This document shows positions 28,601 to 42,449 of a DNA stretch of 64,000 nt, piece by piece. The stretch spans positions 8,742,001 through 8,806,000 of the forward strand of contig CP075493.1 in the NCBI GenBank assembly GCA_021613535.1. The letters are read 5' to 3'. The notes below the pieces were generated by a model. That model saw nothing but the letters and a program-made list of their open reading frames with translations, did no database searches and was not told the origin of the DNA. Source of the DNA: Adineta vaga. Lineage: Eukaryota; Animalia; Rotifera. How positions within the stretch are numbered: position 1 is the stretch's first letter; the number at the start of each line of letters is the position of its first letter. A program made the translations under genes and the position numbers.

Positions 28601-30162
28601 ACGATTCAAACAAATAAATAGAACAGGTGGTAAACGTGTCAACCATCGTTGTTCAGTAATTACCTAAAAAAGAAGGAATACGTTTCGTAGTGATTATATT
28701 AAAAAAATTCTAAACAAGAAAAATCAAAGTACTTGTGGACTCGAAAGACTTTCATCTGCTGAACCAAGCCAAAGAGTTTCAAGACCATCATAAATATTGG
28801 TTGATCCAATCATCTGAATATTGATTTGTCTTAAAGCTTCTCGAACTAGAATGTTTTTCATAAAGCATTAAGAATGATGAATAGATTCAATGGTCAAACT
28901 TACCTGGTATATGTTCATTTCTTTCAACAATAACTTCACCTGTGACAAGTGTATTCACAGGATTGATAAAATTAACCGATGATGAATTATCAATATTCAA
29001 CAAACTAGAATGATACATTCTTATCTTATGATGTATAGTAAAGAATCTTACTTTTTCCCAATCGTTTCATAGGCAAGTTCAACGAGATCGATCAAATGTG
29101 TTGCAAATTCAGAACAATCCTTGAAAAAAATTCAATACTATATTCAATTGATTTCTTTGAAATTCTTCATTACTTCATGTGAAAAATCTACGCCACATAA
29201 TTTTCGTGTATTTTTAAATTTTTTAATTGCACGATCTGGATTAACCGATCGTCGTGGTGATTTTAACATTAATGCAAATAAGTATCTTAATTCTTCCGTA
29301 AAATATAACGCTTGTTGTTCCTATTAGATAAAAAAATCAAGAACATTAGGAAAATGTACAATTATCGAATTTACACTATCAGTTAATGAATGATTTATTG
29401 TTGAACATTGAAAATTCAAAATCAATTGACGAAAATATGGTAACGTATAAAGAGATTGAACAATGGAATTAAACCAACATGTATTCCCGACATTTTTTAA
29501 ACCAGCTGGTTCATCAAGCGATTTTCTTTTCGCTATATCTGATTCATCAATCATTTGTTCCATTGTTTCACGTGATAGAAGAAGTGCACTAAAAATAATC
29601 TTGTTTTCTTTCCCTCAAGAACATATGTAAAGTTTCGTACCGTTCCAATTCATCATCAGCAGGTTGTTGACTATCAATTTCTGGTGAAAGTTCAATAACA
29701 TCATCAGTTATTGTTTCATTATTTCGATCATAGGATGGACCTGCAGCAGATGGACTATTTACAGGTACATTTGATGGTGGTTGAGAAGTATTATTAGCTG
29801 GCTGTGCCGTTCGCTGAAGATTATTTCTTAACTAAAATAATTATTAGAAACAAAAATGAACATAAACTTCGTGAAATAGAAAAGGTCGAGAAATACAAAC
29901 ATTAGAATCATCGAATAACAAGCTAATCACTTGTTCAAGTGAATATCGTCCAGTTCCATCTTTACAAGCTTCAATAGTTTGATTAATTGAATTTTCATCC
30001 AAGCCGGTGATTTCTCTCACCTGCCGGATGACATCTCGTCGATCTCGTTTCGTCTAAATATTGACAAAAAAAAAGACGTCAGTGAAAAAATCTTTTTTTA
30101 TAACATACGATGGAAAGATTATTCTTCTTATTTTCTGATACGGCCGCAGTATCCACGGTCAT
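25694..30162 (-). CDS. USP25: Ubiquitin carboxyl-terminal hydrolase USP25/USP28-like (multi-exon)
   Basis: Start MTVD; UBA-like QVREITGLDE; UIM-like DDELERALLLS; Cys box GLKNVGNTCWFNSIVQSL; LPPVLFICLNRY; His box LHAVCVHEGSATLGHFWTY; SAYLLVY. Confidence 0.9.
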
Positions 30163-31399
30163 AATCTAAGAGATATTCAAAACAAAAAGATAATCATTGG
30201 ATAAAGATACATATATATATATCTATATGTATGTTCCTTTTTTTTGCGTTTTAGAACAGAAATAGAAATAGAACGAACAGATGATTATCATTGGTGCAGC
30301 CATCCTTTGAAAAAAGATCATCGATCCTCTACTAGAGATGAATTTTAATTAATTCATAGAATTATTTTTATTAAAAATCAAGCTTTTTTGTCATTCAATT
30401 TTATATTCTGAAAAAAATTTTTACTATATAATTATAGACGGATTTGATAAACAAGACAAAGGTTTGTTATTCTAACCGAATAGTATTATGCTTCTTGTTG
30501 CAGCAAGCAAGTGGTGTGTGATGACGAACAAAAGCAGAATAACCAAGACATCTGTTGTTAATCTTATACATATTGTTCAAAGAAAACAAAATAAAATCGA
30601 ACAATAAAAACGGTTGTCGCAATGCATTTCTTTATAAACTACAATTTCACTTAGAATCTTTCTTTCGCTACATATCATGTAGATTTTGGATGGTCAATAG
30701 TAATCTTCTCTAATATGAATTGTTTTCATGTTTTTTTTACATATAAAAAAATTAATAGATGATATAGCATAAGGATTTCATTGTCATTGACAACAGCAAG
30801 GAAAGAATAGTTATGTCACATTAAATGTATATAGACGCATTTATTTAATATCATATAACAATAACATTTGTCAAAAGTAGACAGTTGTGACAATCTGATT
30901 TAAAAGACGATGATAAACTTACATCGACTTGGTTCTATTGTCATGTTGAGCAGCTCAAAATCATTCTTCTTACTCTATTTTCAACTTTTCTTCTTCTTCC
31001 AAAAACTTCATTTAAGCATGAATCTATCGGATGGACGAGGACGATCACGTTCGATTTCACATGTATACAATAGAATCAACTTGAACATTGTTTGTTTCTA
31101 TTTAAACAATAGTTTTTAATATGATAGATCAGTGGTGACATCTGAAAATATCCACATATGTGAAAGAAAAACTCGAAAATTTTGATTTGCTGACACAATA
31201 TGTTTTGACCCATATTGAGTCATGCATTGCATACTTTTTTCCTTTTTTTTAGACTATCATTACAAAATATGATTATATTTTACATATGTTGTATACCTAT
31301 CATCTCATTCTATTCTTTAAAGAATAAAAACAGATGTTATCAAATTATTTTAAAAAACAAATCATATTGTTTGTAGATTCTTTTAGCAAAAATAGTCTC

Positions 31400-32080
31400 A
31401 TGGATACAACAACGAACAATTCAGCGAATTCTGGTTTTGTTGGAATTAAATTTTGTCAAGAATGGTTTGTGAAAAATCTCAGTTATTACCATTGATTTTT
31501 ATGCTGCTACGTATTTTAGTAACAATATGCTTTATCCGAGAGAAGATAAAGAAAATCGAATATTACTCTATGCAGTAAATATGAAAATTACATCCTTGAG
31601 AGTAAACATTGCTTCATTCATCTACAGTGTCGACGTTGTCAATATCAACAAGCAGCTGAGAATCCATGTATATATGTGAATAAGATCACTCATGAAATAG
31701 AGTATGTACTATTTTATTTCCTGATTTCATTTATTTTTGCAAAAGATTTTCATAAATATTTTAAATGTTTAGTGAATTGACACAAATTGTTACTGATGTC
31801 ATTTCCGATCCAACATTACCTCGTACTGCTGATCATCCTTGTAAGACAGTTTATTCCCATACAGAAATAACAATTGTATATCAACTATTATCGATTTAGG
31901 TCCGAAATGTCGTGGTAATGACGCTGTTTTTTTTCAGGCTCAATCAGCTCGTAGTGAGGTTTGTTTATTTAAAAAATTATTTTCTCGAAATTTGATTTCT
32001 TTTTCTATTCTCTTAAGGATCGTATGACACTGTATTATGTTTGCCGTAATCAAAATTGTCTCTATCGTTGGACAGAATAA
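31400..32080 (+). CDS. POLR2I: RNA polymerase II subunit RPB9 (6 coding exons; not present in the ORF track)
   Basis: [33 protein letters not shown]...[26 protein letters not shown]...LYYVC...RWTE*. Confidence 0.97.
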
Positions 32081-32170
32081 AAGAAAACTTTAAAATATAT
32101 TCATCTTGTTCTTGAAAATTTGAATAAATATCTTTTAATTTCAGATGAAAGTTATAGAAACCATTTAATA

Positions 32171-34520
32171 ATGTCCGATAAAGATGACAAGGCATCTTCA
32201 ACGCCTTCAATTTTACATTTTAAAAAACAAGCAAACAATACAAACTTACCGTCAGTTGATCAGGAAACAAGTGAACTAACAACTATCAACGATACGAAAA
32301 TAGAATCATCTGTCGATCATGAGGAAACGATCGAATCAACAAAAGAAAATCACGATGGTGATAAACCAATCACTACAGCTAGTCATTCTCGTCGTGTTCA
32401 TTTTCCTACAGATGAAACTCAATTACGTATGATATCTTATTCATCTGAACCATATTCAAACCAACCATTATTATCTCTTGGTGTTATTTTACAACGTTAT
32501 CGCGCTACATGCCATCGATTACAAATACGTCCATTGAATACATTACTAGATCAATTAAGTACAATGGATGATGGAAGAAAATCATTTCTTGATCGTTTAG
32601 ATTGTTTAAAACTCGTGAATGAAAAGATTGATCTTAAACACATCGATGCAATTGAAGAAATTCTTTCACGTTGTCGTTTTCATACATTAAATCTTGATTC
32701 ATCATCAATTGATGATGCTACATTAACACAATTATTTGAAATTCTAGAATATTATGAAACATGTACACATATTAATTTATCGAATCATCGTTCTATTGGT
32801 TTACAAGGTTATCAAGCTTTAACAAAATATTTAAGAAAAACAAATTCATTAGAACGATTAGATATGAATTCCACACGTTTTGATGATAATACTATTATTA
32901 GTTTTACACGTTCTTTAAGATTATCCACAACATTATACGAATTACATGTTGAATCATGTCAATTAAATGGTAAACTTCTACAAAAATTCATTCAAAATAT
33001 ACGTTCATGTGCAAGTCTACGTGAACTATATCTATGTGATAATCGTATGTATTAAAATCTTGTTATTGATTAGAATGGATTCAATTGTTTTTTTTTATTA
33101 GGTCTTCAAGTTCAAGATTCTATACTGATAAATGAATTGATTCGTACATGTGGTTCACTTTTAAATTTATTGGATTTACGTTCGAATTCTTTGCATGATA
33201 GTGGCATGTCTCATTTAGCTTCTCAATTAAGTCATTATGATGAAAATCATAAACATGAAAATAATCTACAAAAAATTAGTTTACAAGCTAATCAATTAAC
33301 TCAACAAGGAATTGGTTTTCTAGCAAAAGCTTTACTACATAATCGAACAATACGTTCGTTAAATCTAAGTCAAAATAATATTACAAATGAAGGTTTATTT
33401 TTATTACGTGATGCACTATTAACGAATCGAACAATCAATGAATTAATCCTACGAAATTGTCATCTGACAGATCAGGCAGCTATTGCTCTTGCAGAATTCA
33501 TTGCTGAATCAACTACAATTCAGTATATTGATTTACGAGAGAATAATATTCAAGCAAGTGGTATATGTGGAATGGCGATTGCCATTAAAAATAATAAATC
33601 GTTATTAAATCTTGATTTTGATCCAATTGTATCAACACCAACAAATCTAAGCGCAATGTCTCTTAATAGCAATGTCAATAATATTGATCGATCAACGAAT
33701 TCCAATAGTCTTCTTTCATTAGCAAATCTTCGACGAATGACAACAGGTTTTAGTACTTTTGCAAGTAATACACCATATCAATCAGGTGGTGGTGGTACAA
33801 GAGAATTATTAGAACAAAAAGCAAGATGGATGAACGATATTACAGCTGTTTGTCAACGAAATATACTTATTTTGGAAGAACAATTACGTCTTCAAAATGA
33901 AGAAATAAATGATAGTAGTACCACAAATAATTCGACAGTTATTAAACCAGAAGATATTGAATTGAAAGAACAAACATCAAATACTAATGATAGTATTTCT
34001 TCGATTACAGTTAACAATAAACAATCATTAAATGTTTTGACCAAAGAAAACAAAAGATACAGTTGAACAAGCAACTATAATTTCTAATAATAATGGTGTT
34101 TATGATGATGATGAAACTACGGTATCCACGAGCACTCCCGTGGATAATAACGATACTAAGGTTGAACAAACAATGATTATGCCAAAAAAGGATGATGACG
34201 ATTATTATGAAGTGGAACGAATATTGATGGATCTTATTGAGTAAGTATATCTAAGTAATGAAGAATCTTCTCGCAATCGATACTCTTTCATTATTTGTCT
34301 TTTTAGATCTGTAATAAATGGTAATACCGATGATATAAATCAAAATTCGACATTCCGTGAATCCTCTTCGAATTCTGATCTCAACGACGATTTAGTCACC
34401 GATGATAAACGTAAAATGAAACATTCCGATAGTCTTTATTTATTACGTAAAAAAGTCAAAAATGAAGAGGATAATAATACAAGCGATGATGAATCACAAT
34501 TATCCTTAAGTGAACCATAA
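32171..34520 (+). CDS. PPP1R37: RI-type leucine-rich-repeat protein, PPP1R37-like
   Basis: RRVHFP (RVxF PP1-docking motif); LILEYYETCTHINLS-type start to the LRRs; LRELYLCDN, LDLRSNSL, LNLSQNNI, AAIALAEFIAES, IDLRENNI; acidic tail reached through short introns; stop at 34518-34520. Confidence 0.8.
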
Positions 34521-35018
34521 ATCATGTCTGAAAATTTTTCGTGGTGCTGATTAGAAAGAAATATTTATATAGAATTAGATACATTCCGCATTCATCTCTG
34601 TCCGGTGGAAAGACAGTAGTATTTTGTGCATTGATTCCTTAAACTTTTCCTCATTATTTTTCTTTTCTATTTGCAATAATTTATGTCCATATTTATTTTT
34701 GAGTGAGTATCATCAGAAGTGCTCCTCGTGCATCTTTCTGTTTGTTTTCTCTCTTTATTTGTGATTAACTTAAGTCTCTATTTTCATTTTTAAATTTAAA
34801 CTTAGCTGAAATTGATTGGATGTCTATGCGTTGTTGTTTTTTTTATTGATCAAAAATTCTCATCAGTTTTTCTATCGGTCTTTTTTCTTTGTTTATATCG
34901 ATGGTTTTTTTTTGTTGTAGAAGATATTATATCAATCGGACAAATAAAAACTAGACGAGAAAATTTCCTTTTCCTTGATATAAAATCTAAGTTTTTATCT
35001 TTTCTAATTTAAAGATTC

Positions 35019-36088
35019 ATGTCTTACGAAAAAGAACAATTCGTAGCTATTCAAGCATGTCTTCGAGCAGCAAAATTATGTGAACGTGTTCGATCAACAA
35101 TACCGAAAGCAATTGAAAAGATTGATCAATCACCAGTGACTGTACGAAATATCGATAAGGATGTCATTTCGATCTTGAGCTTTTGTTTTTCTATTCATCT
35201 AGTTAGCAGATTTTGGTTCTCAAGCATTAATATGTCAATCTATTCATAGTGAATTTCCTGATGATCCTATTGTTGCTGAAGAAAATCCAAAAGAATTATT
35301 GAAACCTGAAAGAGCTGAAAATCTCAAGCAAATAGTTAATTATGTCAAAGAAGAAAATTCAGATGTTGACGAAAAGAAAATTATCGAATGGATTGGATAT
35401 GGTAATGGAGATGTTAGTAATCGTTTTTGGACATTAGATCCAATTGGTAAATATTTTAAATAAAGAATTCTTTCTGATTAACAACTGCCTTTTAGATGGT
35501 ACAAAAGGTTTTATACGTCAAGATCAATATGCTGTTGCTCTTGCTTTAATTGTTGATGGAGATATTAAAGTTGGTGTTTTGGCATGTCCAGCATATGGTG
35601 AAGAAGGTGGTGTTCTATTCTATGCTGTTCGTGGTAAAGGTTCTTATACACAATCAATTCGTTCATTTGATACGACAATTCCAACTCGAATCTATACGAC
35701 AACGAATATAGATAGCGAGAAATTTCGTTTTACTGAAAGTGTTGAAGGTGGCCATGGTGATCAAAGTAAACAAAAAGAAATTGCTCATCGTATTGGTATT
35801 CATACCGAACCATTACGAATGGATTCTCAAGTGAAATATGGTGCCGTAGCCAATGGAGACGCAGTTCTCTATCTTCGTTTACCTAATCCACAAAGACCAG
35901 ACTATAGAGAAAATATCTGGGATCATGCTGCTGGCACAATTATTGTTGAAGAAGCAGGAGGAAAAGTTTCTGATATGGATGGAAAAGCATTAAATTTTCG
36001 AGATAATGAAAAAATGCTACATAATCGTGGAGTTATTGTTAGTAATGGAGTTATTCATCAACAAGTTCTTGAAGCCTTTAATAATTGA
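35019..36088 (+). CDS. HAL2-family 3'(2'),5'-bisphosphate nucleotidase of bacterial type, with 2 introns (35142-35202, 35447-35495)
   Basis: DQSPVTLADFGSQALI, PIVAEE, RFWTLDPIDGTKGFIRQDQYAVALALI, ESVE, RMDSQVKYG, YRENIWDHAAG, EEAGGKVSD. Confidence 0.92.
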
Positions 36089-37004
36089 ATCTCTCACTTG
36101 TCTCTCACAAAAATTTGTCTTTGCGACCAATACATTATAGTTTAAGATATTTATTTCTATAGTATAAGAATAGATATTCTCTTAGTTTATTTGTCTTTTT
36201 TTTTAAAAAAAATATTGTGCAAATTCTGACTTTAATATAATCTAGATAAGTAATATATGACATCATAATTCAGAGTTTTGTATCCGTTTTATTTTGAAAA
36301 TTATGATATATACTGTAGTATCCAATAATTTTCTTTGATAGACATAACTAAATTTTCGATTTATATCAACTAACATTTGGCATATAAGCAAATCTATGAT
36401 AACATATTTTTGATGAGAAAAAAGAGTAATGATCAAATTCTTTTGATTTCAAGGACGAAAAACAAGTCGATTTTTTTTCAATCATGATAATAACAATCAA
36501 CAAGGACGTCACGCATAGATATTTTCATTTTCCCCCCTCTCTTGTCAATGCATATCGATTGGGGTAATCAAAACAAAAAATATACAAGTTTATAACCTGT
36601 CAAAGTTCGCAAGGACACGCAATTATACTCATATTTTGTTTTTCTTGTCGTCAAAAGATTTTCTTTATTTTGTACTTTGTTCGAAATAGTTTTATACATG
36701 AAAAAAAACAGGAAACAAGTTTCACAAACTGTTCTACACAACACACACATATAGATACAAAGTTCTTAGTTTTGCTTTGTTGGTTCGTTTATTTTTGATA
36801 AAAGAAATATGATGACGACTGGTGGCTGATGGCTTTTTAACGATACTTAAAGCATCGAAAATAGAATAATTAAAGTCAGGAAATCAAAACGAAGAAGTAC
36901 CGTCTGACGGTCCATTTCCGGACGAAAGAATAAAAGAGAAGAAATATACATTGTTTAAATTAAAAAGAAGAAAGAAAGAAAAGAGAAAAAAACAAATATA
37001 TACG

Positions 37005-39415
37005 CTAAGCGTCGTCCATTGATGTCGAATTAGATGCTGAAGCTATGAATCGTTGCAGATACATATGAATAGGTACACTTTGATGCATTGAACCCGCACA
37101 AAATAAACGTTCAAATATATCCTCTTTAACTTGATAGATATTGCATAAAAAGAAGACAATTTTTGAATATTTTACACGTGATGAACACCATGCAGTTAAT
37201 CGAGCTTGAGCTTGACATTCCGCTTTTTCAAAAGAATCTGCACATGTATTTTCAAATAAGGTTTTACCTTCTTTGCAGATAATCACTTCACGAATGAGAT
37301 TAAAACCATTTTCATCGATCTCTAATGTTTTACCACGTGTAATTAATGATTCAATTTGTTTAACATCATTTTCTGTTGGATGCATACTCGTTGTTGGGGT
37401 TGAGAATGAAGATGGTACTGCTGTTGAGAAATCATTAGTAATTTGTAAATCTTTGGTAACATATATTTCGAAACTATTTTCAATCATACTTATAATTAAT
37501 AATCGATGCCATATACGAGAAAGAAGATCAAGTTTATCTCGATCATTATCAATATTTTCTCGAATAACTGCAAGTGATAATGCAAAATTTACATTTCGTT
37601 CAAGCCAATCATTGATACGTGCACCGATGACAGGCATTAATTTTTTTGGTATACAAACATATTCATTAACTGGTTCATTATTATTAGATTTGAGTGAATT
37701 TATACATGGAGGAGAATTCGATGGTGAAGTCGAAGATGATGACGATGGATAACGAACATTAGATGAAACAGGACCTACACAATATAGATATGACGATGAT
37801 GGCTATGGTATGTTATGCATCAATGAATCAAACTTACTGTTATTTATTGTTCGCTTTTCACTGTTATGTTTTCGTAAATCAATTGGTATTGGTTTCAATA
37901 GTTTCTGTTGTCCTAATAAACGACTACTTTCTAATAATGTTTGATAAGTTTCTCGTCGGTATGGTTGATCATTAAGAGGAACTGATGGATGAATATGATT
38001 ATTATTATTATCACTGTCAAGTGTTTGTTGTTTTCGTCGTTCACGAAATTTCTCTGTATTTACTGATTTATTTCCATTTGTATTTGAATTTGCTGATGTC
38101 GCAGCAGCTACAGCAGCGGCAGCCATCATTGGTGGTGGTATCGGTAAATAACCTGATGCAGCAGCCGCATGCAAAAGTGCTGCTGGATAATTAGCACGAA
38201 ATTGTTGAGTTAGTGTATGCATCAAAGCATATTGAGCATAACCAATAGCAATCGCTTCTTGTTGACTATATGGAATGTTATTGTTGGTTGGTGATATATT
38301 CATTGCTGATGATGTTGATGATGACATAGTAAAACCCGAAGAAACTGTTGCTTCACTAGAAAATTTTTTATCTTTATTTAATTCATCATAGAAATGAGCG
38401 AGAGATTTTCGTTTTCGACTGCCAGATGATATTTGAGATTGATTGTTTGTTTCGATATGATTTGTTCGAAATACCTAAACCAAAAATCTCAATCAACAAT
38501 TAATAGAATATGAGAACAATCTTACATGAACGATGTTATTATCTGACAATGGACTGGATGATGAAACACCTGAATCAGATGCACAGGATTTTACGGATGC
38601 TGATCGAACAATTTTTGGTGCAGTATCATCAAGTGGTGGAGAATGAGATGAAGTTAAATTTGATGTTGTTAACGACGGACATGATGTTGTTGTCGCCGCT
38701 AAGAGATACGATGTAGATGTAGCAATCGATTGCGTGATTGGCGCTGTTAATGCAAAAGATATTGGAGGTGAATAGCGTTGATTAACAGTAGCCATTGGAT
38801 AGGAACGACAACGTGGTGGTGAACAACTTGTTGAAACAGCCATATGAGTTTTGGAAGATTCTTTTGTTTCATTATGATTTGTATTTGTAGCAGCAGGTGA
38901 AGCAGGTAATGATGTCGAATGTTTTGTGTCTACAAGTGTGTCGGTCGTATTTGTACTTGTTGGTGATGTTAAACTTGTTACATTTATTGATGTGCCCGAT
39001 GGTGATATCGCACGTGGTGATTGTAGTGTGCCATTAAGAAGAGCAGGAAGAATATTTGTAAGAGTGCTTGTTGGCGTTCGATGAGATGAGGATGATGACG
39101 ACGATGCAAAATCACCTTTACGTAAAAGTGATGGGATACTTAATGATGATGACGATGATGTTGTCGAAGTTGAAGATGATTGAAGCATTTGAGTGAGAAA
39201 TGCATTCTCGGCTGATGAACTTATATTGTCTTTTCCTACAAAGACAAAACACAATAATAACAATGTATCTGCGTATTTTTATTCAATCGAAGACACTTAC
39301 CATTGGTATGAAGATTGAGTTGAAGTTGTTTGCGTTTTTCGCGTACACTCTTATAAAATGCAATTCGATCCAGTGTATTCAATGAATGTGGTGGTACAGC
39401 AGTAGCGGGAATCAT
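37005..39415 (-). CDS. Nuclear receptor with a ligand-binding domain but no DNA-binding domain (NR0B/DAX1-SHP-like); coding exons 39415-39301, 39235-38526, 38474-37838, 37774-37005; 743 aa
   Basis: LBD-like segments DRDKLDLLSRIWHRLLIISMIE (H4-5), LEIDENGFNLIREVIICK (H8) and KYSKIVFFLCNIYQVKEDIFERLFC...VPIHMYLQRF (H10-12). Exons sum to 2232 nt in frame; an in-frame TGA lies just upstream of the ATG. Confidence 0.68.
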
Positions 39416-40190
39416 GGATGATGAGCGGACTTGTCAAACAGTCCACAAAGAGAAATATGTGACCTTATCGGTCTAGAATTACAAAAGAAAAAAATGAAGA
39501 GAATATGTTGTGCAATCGATTATGTACAACGACGAAGACGTCGATGTTGTTGTTGTCTCACTACTCTCTCTTCGTTCATCCGATCTGTACACATACGGTG
39601 GAGACGATCGTATTGTCCACTCTTCTTGTTCTTGTTCTTGTTCTTCTTCTCCTTTTTTTATTATTTGTGATGCTTTAATTCCTGTCTAGCCATTACTACT
39701 ATGCAATAATAAATATGAGCATACAAATTACTTCGATGAGAACGAGAACGATGAACGGAAGAAGAAGAACAAGAAGAATAGAATGTGAGACGTAATTCAA
39801 TACAAACACTAAAGAAGTTTAGAGATACATATATATATATATATATTCGATGTTCTTGTCTACTAGTTCTCATTGTTATTAGTTTGAAAAGTTTAGAAAT
39901 GACTAATAGCATTGTCTAAAAATAAGACCGAGTCATCTTCCTCTTTCTCTCTCTCTCTCTCAACGGATATGGACATCAACTAGTATCAAGAAAGATATTG
40001 ATCAATGACATTTTTTTTCCGAGAAAAAAAGTAAACACGTATTGAAAACAACAAAAATAACAACACTTATGATCAATAATGAAACCCTTCTTGCGTCCTA
40101 TTCTCTCTTGTTTTTCTACTTATTTCGATTCAATGTTCGATTAGTTCTTTCATTCTGTCATTTCATTTTTTTGCATTTTCCTTCTCATAT

Positions 40191-42449
40191 TCAAGGACAC
40201 CTATATAAATATATATATATATATATGTATATATATACATATTTATTTAATGCTGATTACATAAGGAAAATATGAGACGACCTTGAACTGCATGTCACAA
40301 GACTGTCCATGTGTTTGTGCGACCATGCAAGCAACTGACAAAAGTAGTTTTCTTACTTTTTCTTTGACGTCATTACCTAAACGTATGCGATCATATATTA
40401 TACATTTTTTTTCATCATTAACCAACGAATAGAAAAGAAAATATGTGCATGCAAATCCTCATTTCGATTCTTAAGTGAATAAAATATAAAATATCATTAA
40501 TTTCTTTCTTGATGTTTTTGCTCATTTGTTAACAGAAAAAAAAGAATAAAAGAACTATTTTAAAAATGTAAACTGAGACTGAGATAGTGCTGATGGTCTG
40601 ATTCTGTACTTACATAATTAATGCCAAAGTGTAAATGTTTTGGTATTTTTGTCATCGGATAATATTTATTCATATATTCTTTTTCTTTTTCAATGATTCA
40701 AGTGGAAGCAAAGTGAAGAATCTTATAACTTCTTAATACTTGAAAACGAATAAGTAGAAGAAAAGATTATAAAGAACTAATACATCGATGAAAAAACAGA
40801 GGAATGACTCATACTTAATCGAAAGGAAACAATATTTTTTTTATCGTAATTCAACGATTTTCTGTCGAAGGTTATCAAGATAGATTGCGGAAAGAAAAGT
40901 TTTTTTCTCTCGGAATGAAAATCCTCTAAAGAGCAATGAAAACGAGTTATACATGGTCGAGGTCAAGGTTCAAATGTTAAATGTGTATACATATATGTAT
41001 ATTCACAACTTTAAAATTATTGAATTTCACTCTTCTACTACACTTACTTTACACTCTCGCCTCACAATCAATCGAATATCATCGATTACGACAGGCGCGA
41101 GGCGAGGGACATGACATGCATCAAACTGAGAGAGAGAGAGTCAAGTAAAAAAAAAATTTGCTCATCTTTGCCTCGCTTTTACTCTTATTCAATGTCATTT
41201 TATGTGCATTGCCTGCCTGAGTACTTGTTTCGGACGAGTATCTTACCTAATACATATTTCTACACACGGTCAGTACTTTCGTTCAAGGAAGACTTGTGTT
41301 TAAGAAGGAATAGAATGAACACGAAGGAGAAAGAGAAAAAAAGGAGTTGCGCAACTCTTCAGTGAATATGACAAAGACGGCGGCGTATACAGGGTGTGAC
41401 GTAAACTACTGACATCATCACTACTAACAATTGAAGAAGGGTGAATTCGAGGTTGACTTATTCGTGATATTGACTAACATTACTAGAAGAATCTATGTAT
41501 ACACACATATATGAGCATCTCATCGAATACATACGAATAGAAAGTAATTGTAGTTTATGTATATACGTATGGTATAGACGAAGAACAATCAAGGTGAATA
41601 AATAGTTCAAATGGAACTGACCCAGACTAGAACGTCAGACATACACAGTCAGCAGTCGATGTATTTAATAAAACAGTAATTATGACTTCTACTACACTGT
41701 TCAATCGATCGACTTGGCTGGATGGCTAGTCAGTCATTCACGTTCATGCGTTCATTTTGTATGTTCATTCGTTTCTTTCTTTCCTCTCGTCTCGTTGCTG
41801 TGTAAGACAGCTAGACTATTACAGCACTCACATACATATCGTCTCGCCTCTGTATATAAGTATACGATCAAATAGACAAACGGAAAACAATCAGATAGAC
41901 AAGAAGATACTCAGGTAGCAAATGTTTCTGACTTTCGGATATACATAAATGAACATTAATGTCTATAAGGTTTCCGTAAAATGTGAAAGAAATCATTGAT
42001 GACTATTGTAATCTCCTAACTATCAAAGCAAATCAAAAAGGATAGAATTATGGAGAAAGAGTATGATCTATACTCAACGGAATGATATCAACGAAAAAGA
42101 ATTCAATATGACTGTGGAACACTTTGAAAAACGAAGATGTCCCTATAGTTATCTTCGAATGACAGAAAATTTCAATAGAAAAAAAGATGTGTGCCAGATC
42201 AAAACATCTGAGAAAATACAATTGCGTAGTTTTTGTCGTCTTTTGATTGACCATCAAATAACAACAACTGACCATTTTCTTTCTTTCTGTATGTCTCTCT
42301 CTCTCTCTCTTTCTCGTTCGTTCGTTCTTTCTTTTCCATTAGATACTATTTTTTCTCCTCTTCTTGCGTATCGTTGAACACAAAAACCATATAAAAAATA
42401 GAGAGAAAGAACGAGAGAATGAGAAAGCGGTCGTCATCGTTCAAGGCCA
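40191..42449. promoter_or_regulatory. Cluster of NR5A/FTZ-F1-type sites and a DR1-type element upstream of the receptor gene
   Basis: TCAAGGACA at 40191-40199, CGACCTTGA at 40278-40286, AGGTCAaGGTTCA at 40960-40972, TCAAGGCCA at 42441-42449. Confidence 0.4.

Noticed and set aside
30781-30895. TTGTCA-T-TGACAA palindrome and clustered TGTCA words (similar near 21371-21390)
   Set aside because: Too short to distinguish from chance; no terminal repeats or target-site duplication.
33993-34066. Apparent +1 frameshift and early stop in the LRR gene
   Set aside because: A GTATTT...AG intron of 64 or 70 nt starting at 33993 restores the frame and is near the local intron size.
22592-36088. CBS and HAL2 as a sulfur-metabolism cluster
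   Set aside because: They are 10 kb apart on opposite strands with unrelated genes between; likely coincidence.
37273-37752. 159-aa plus-strand ORF and many similar short ORFs in the track (e.g. 17907-18302, 61210-61491)
   Set aside because: They are antisense or off-frame shadows of real exons with no motifs.
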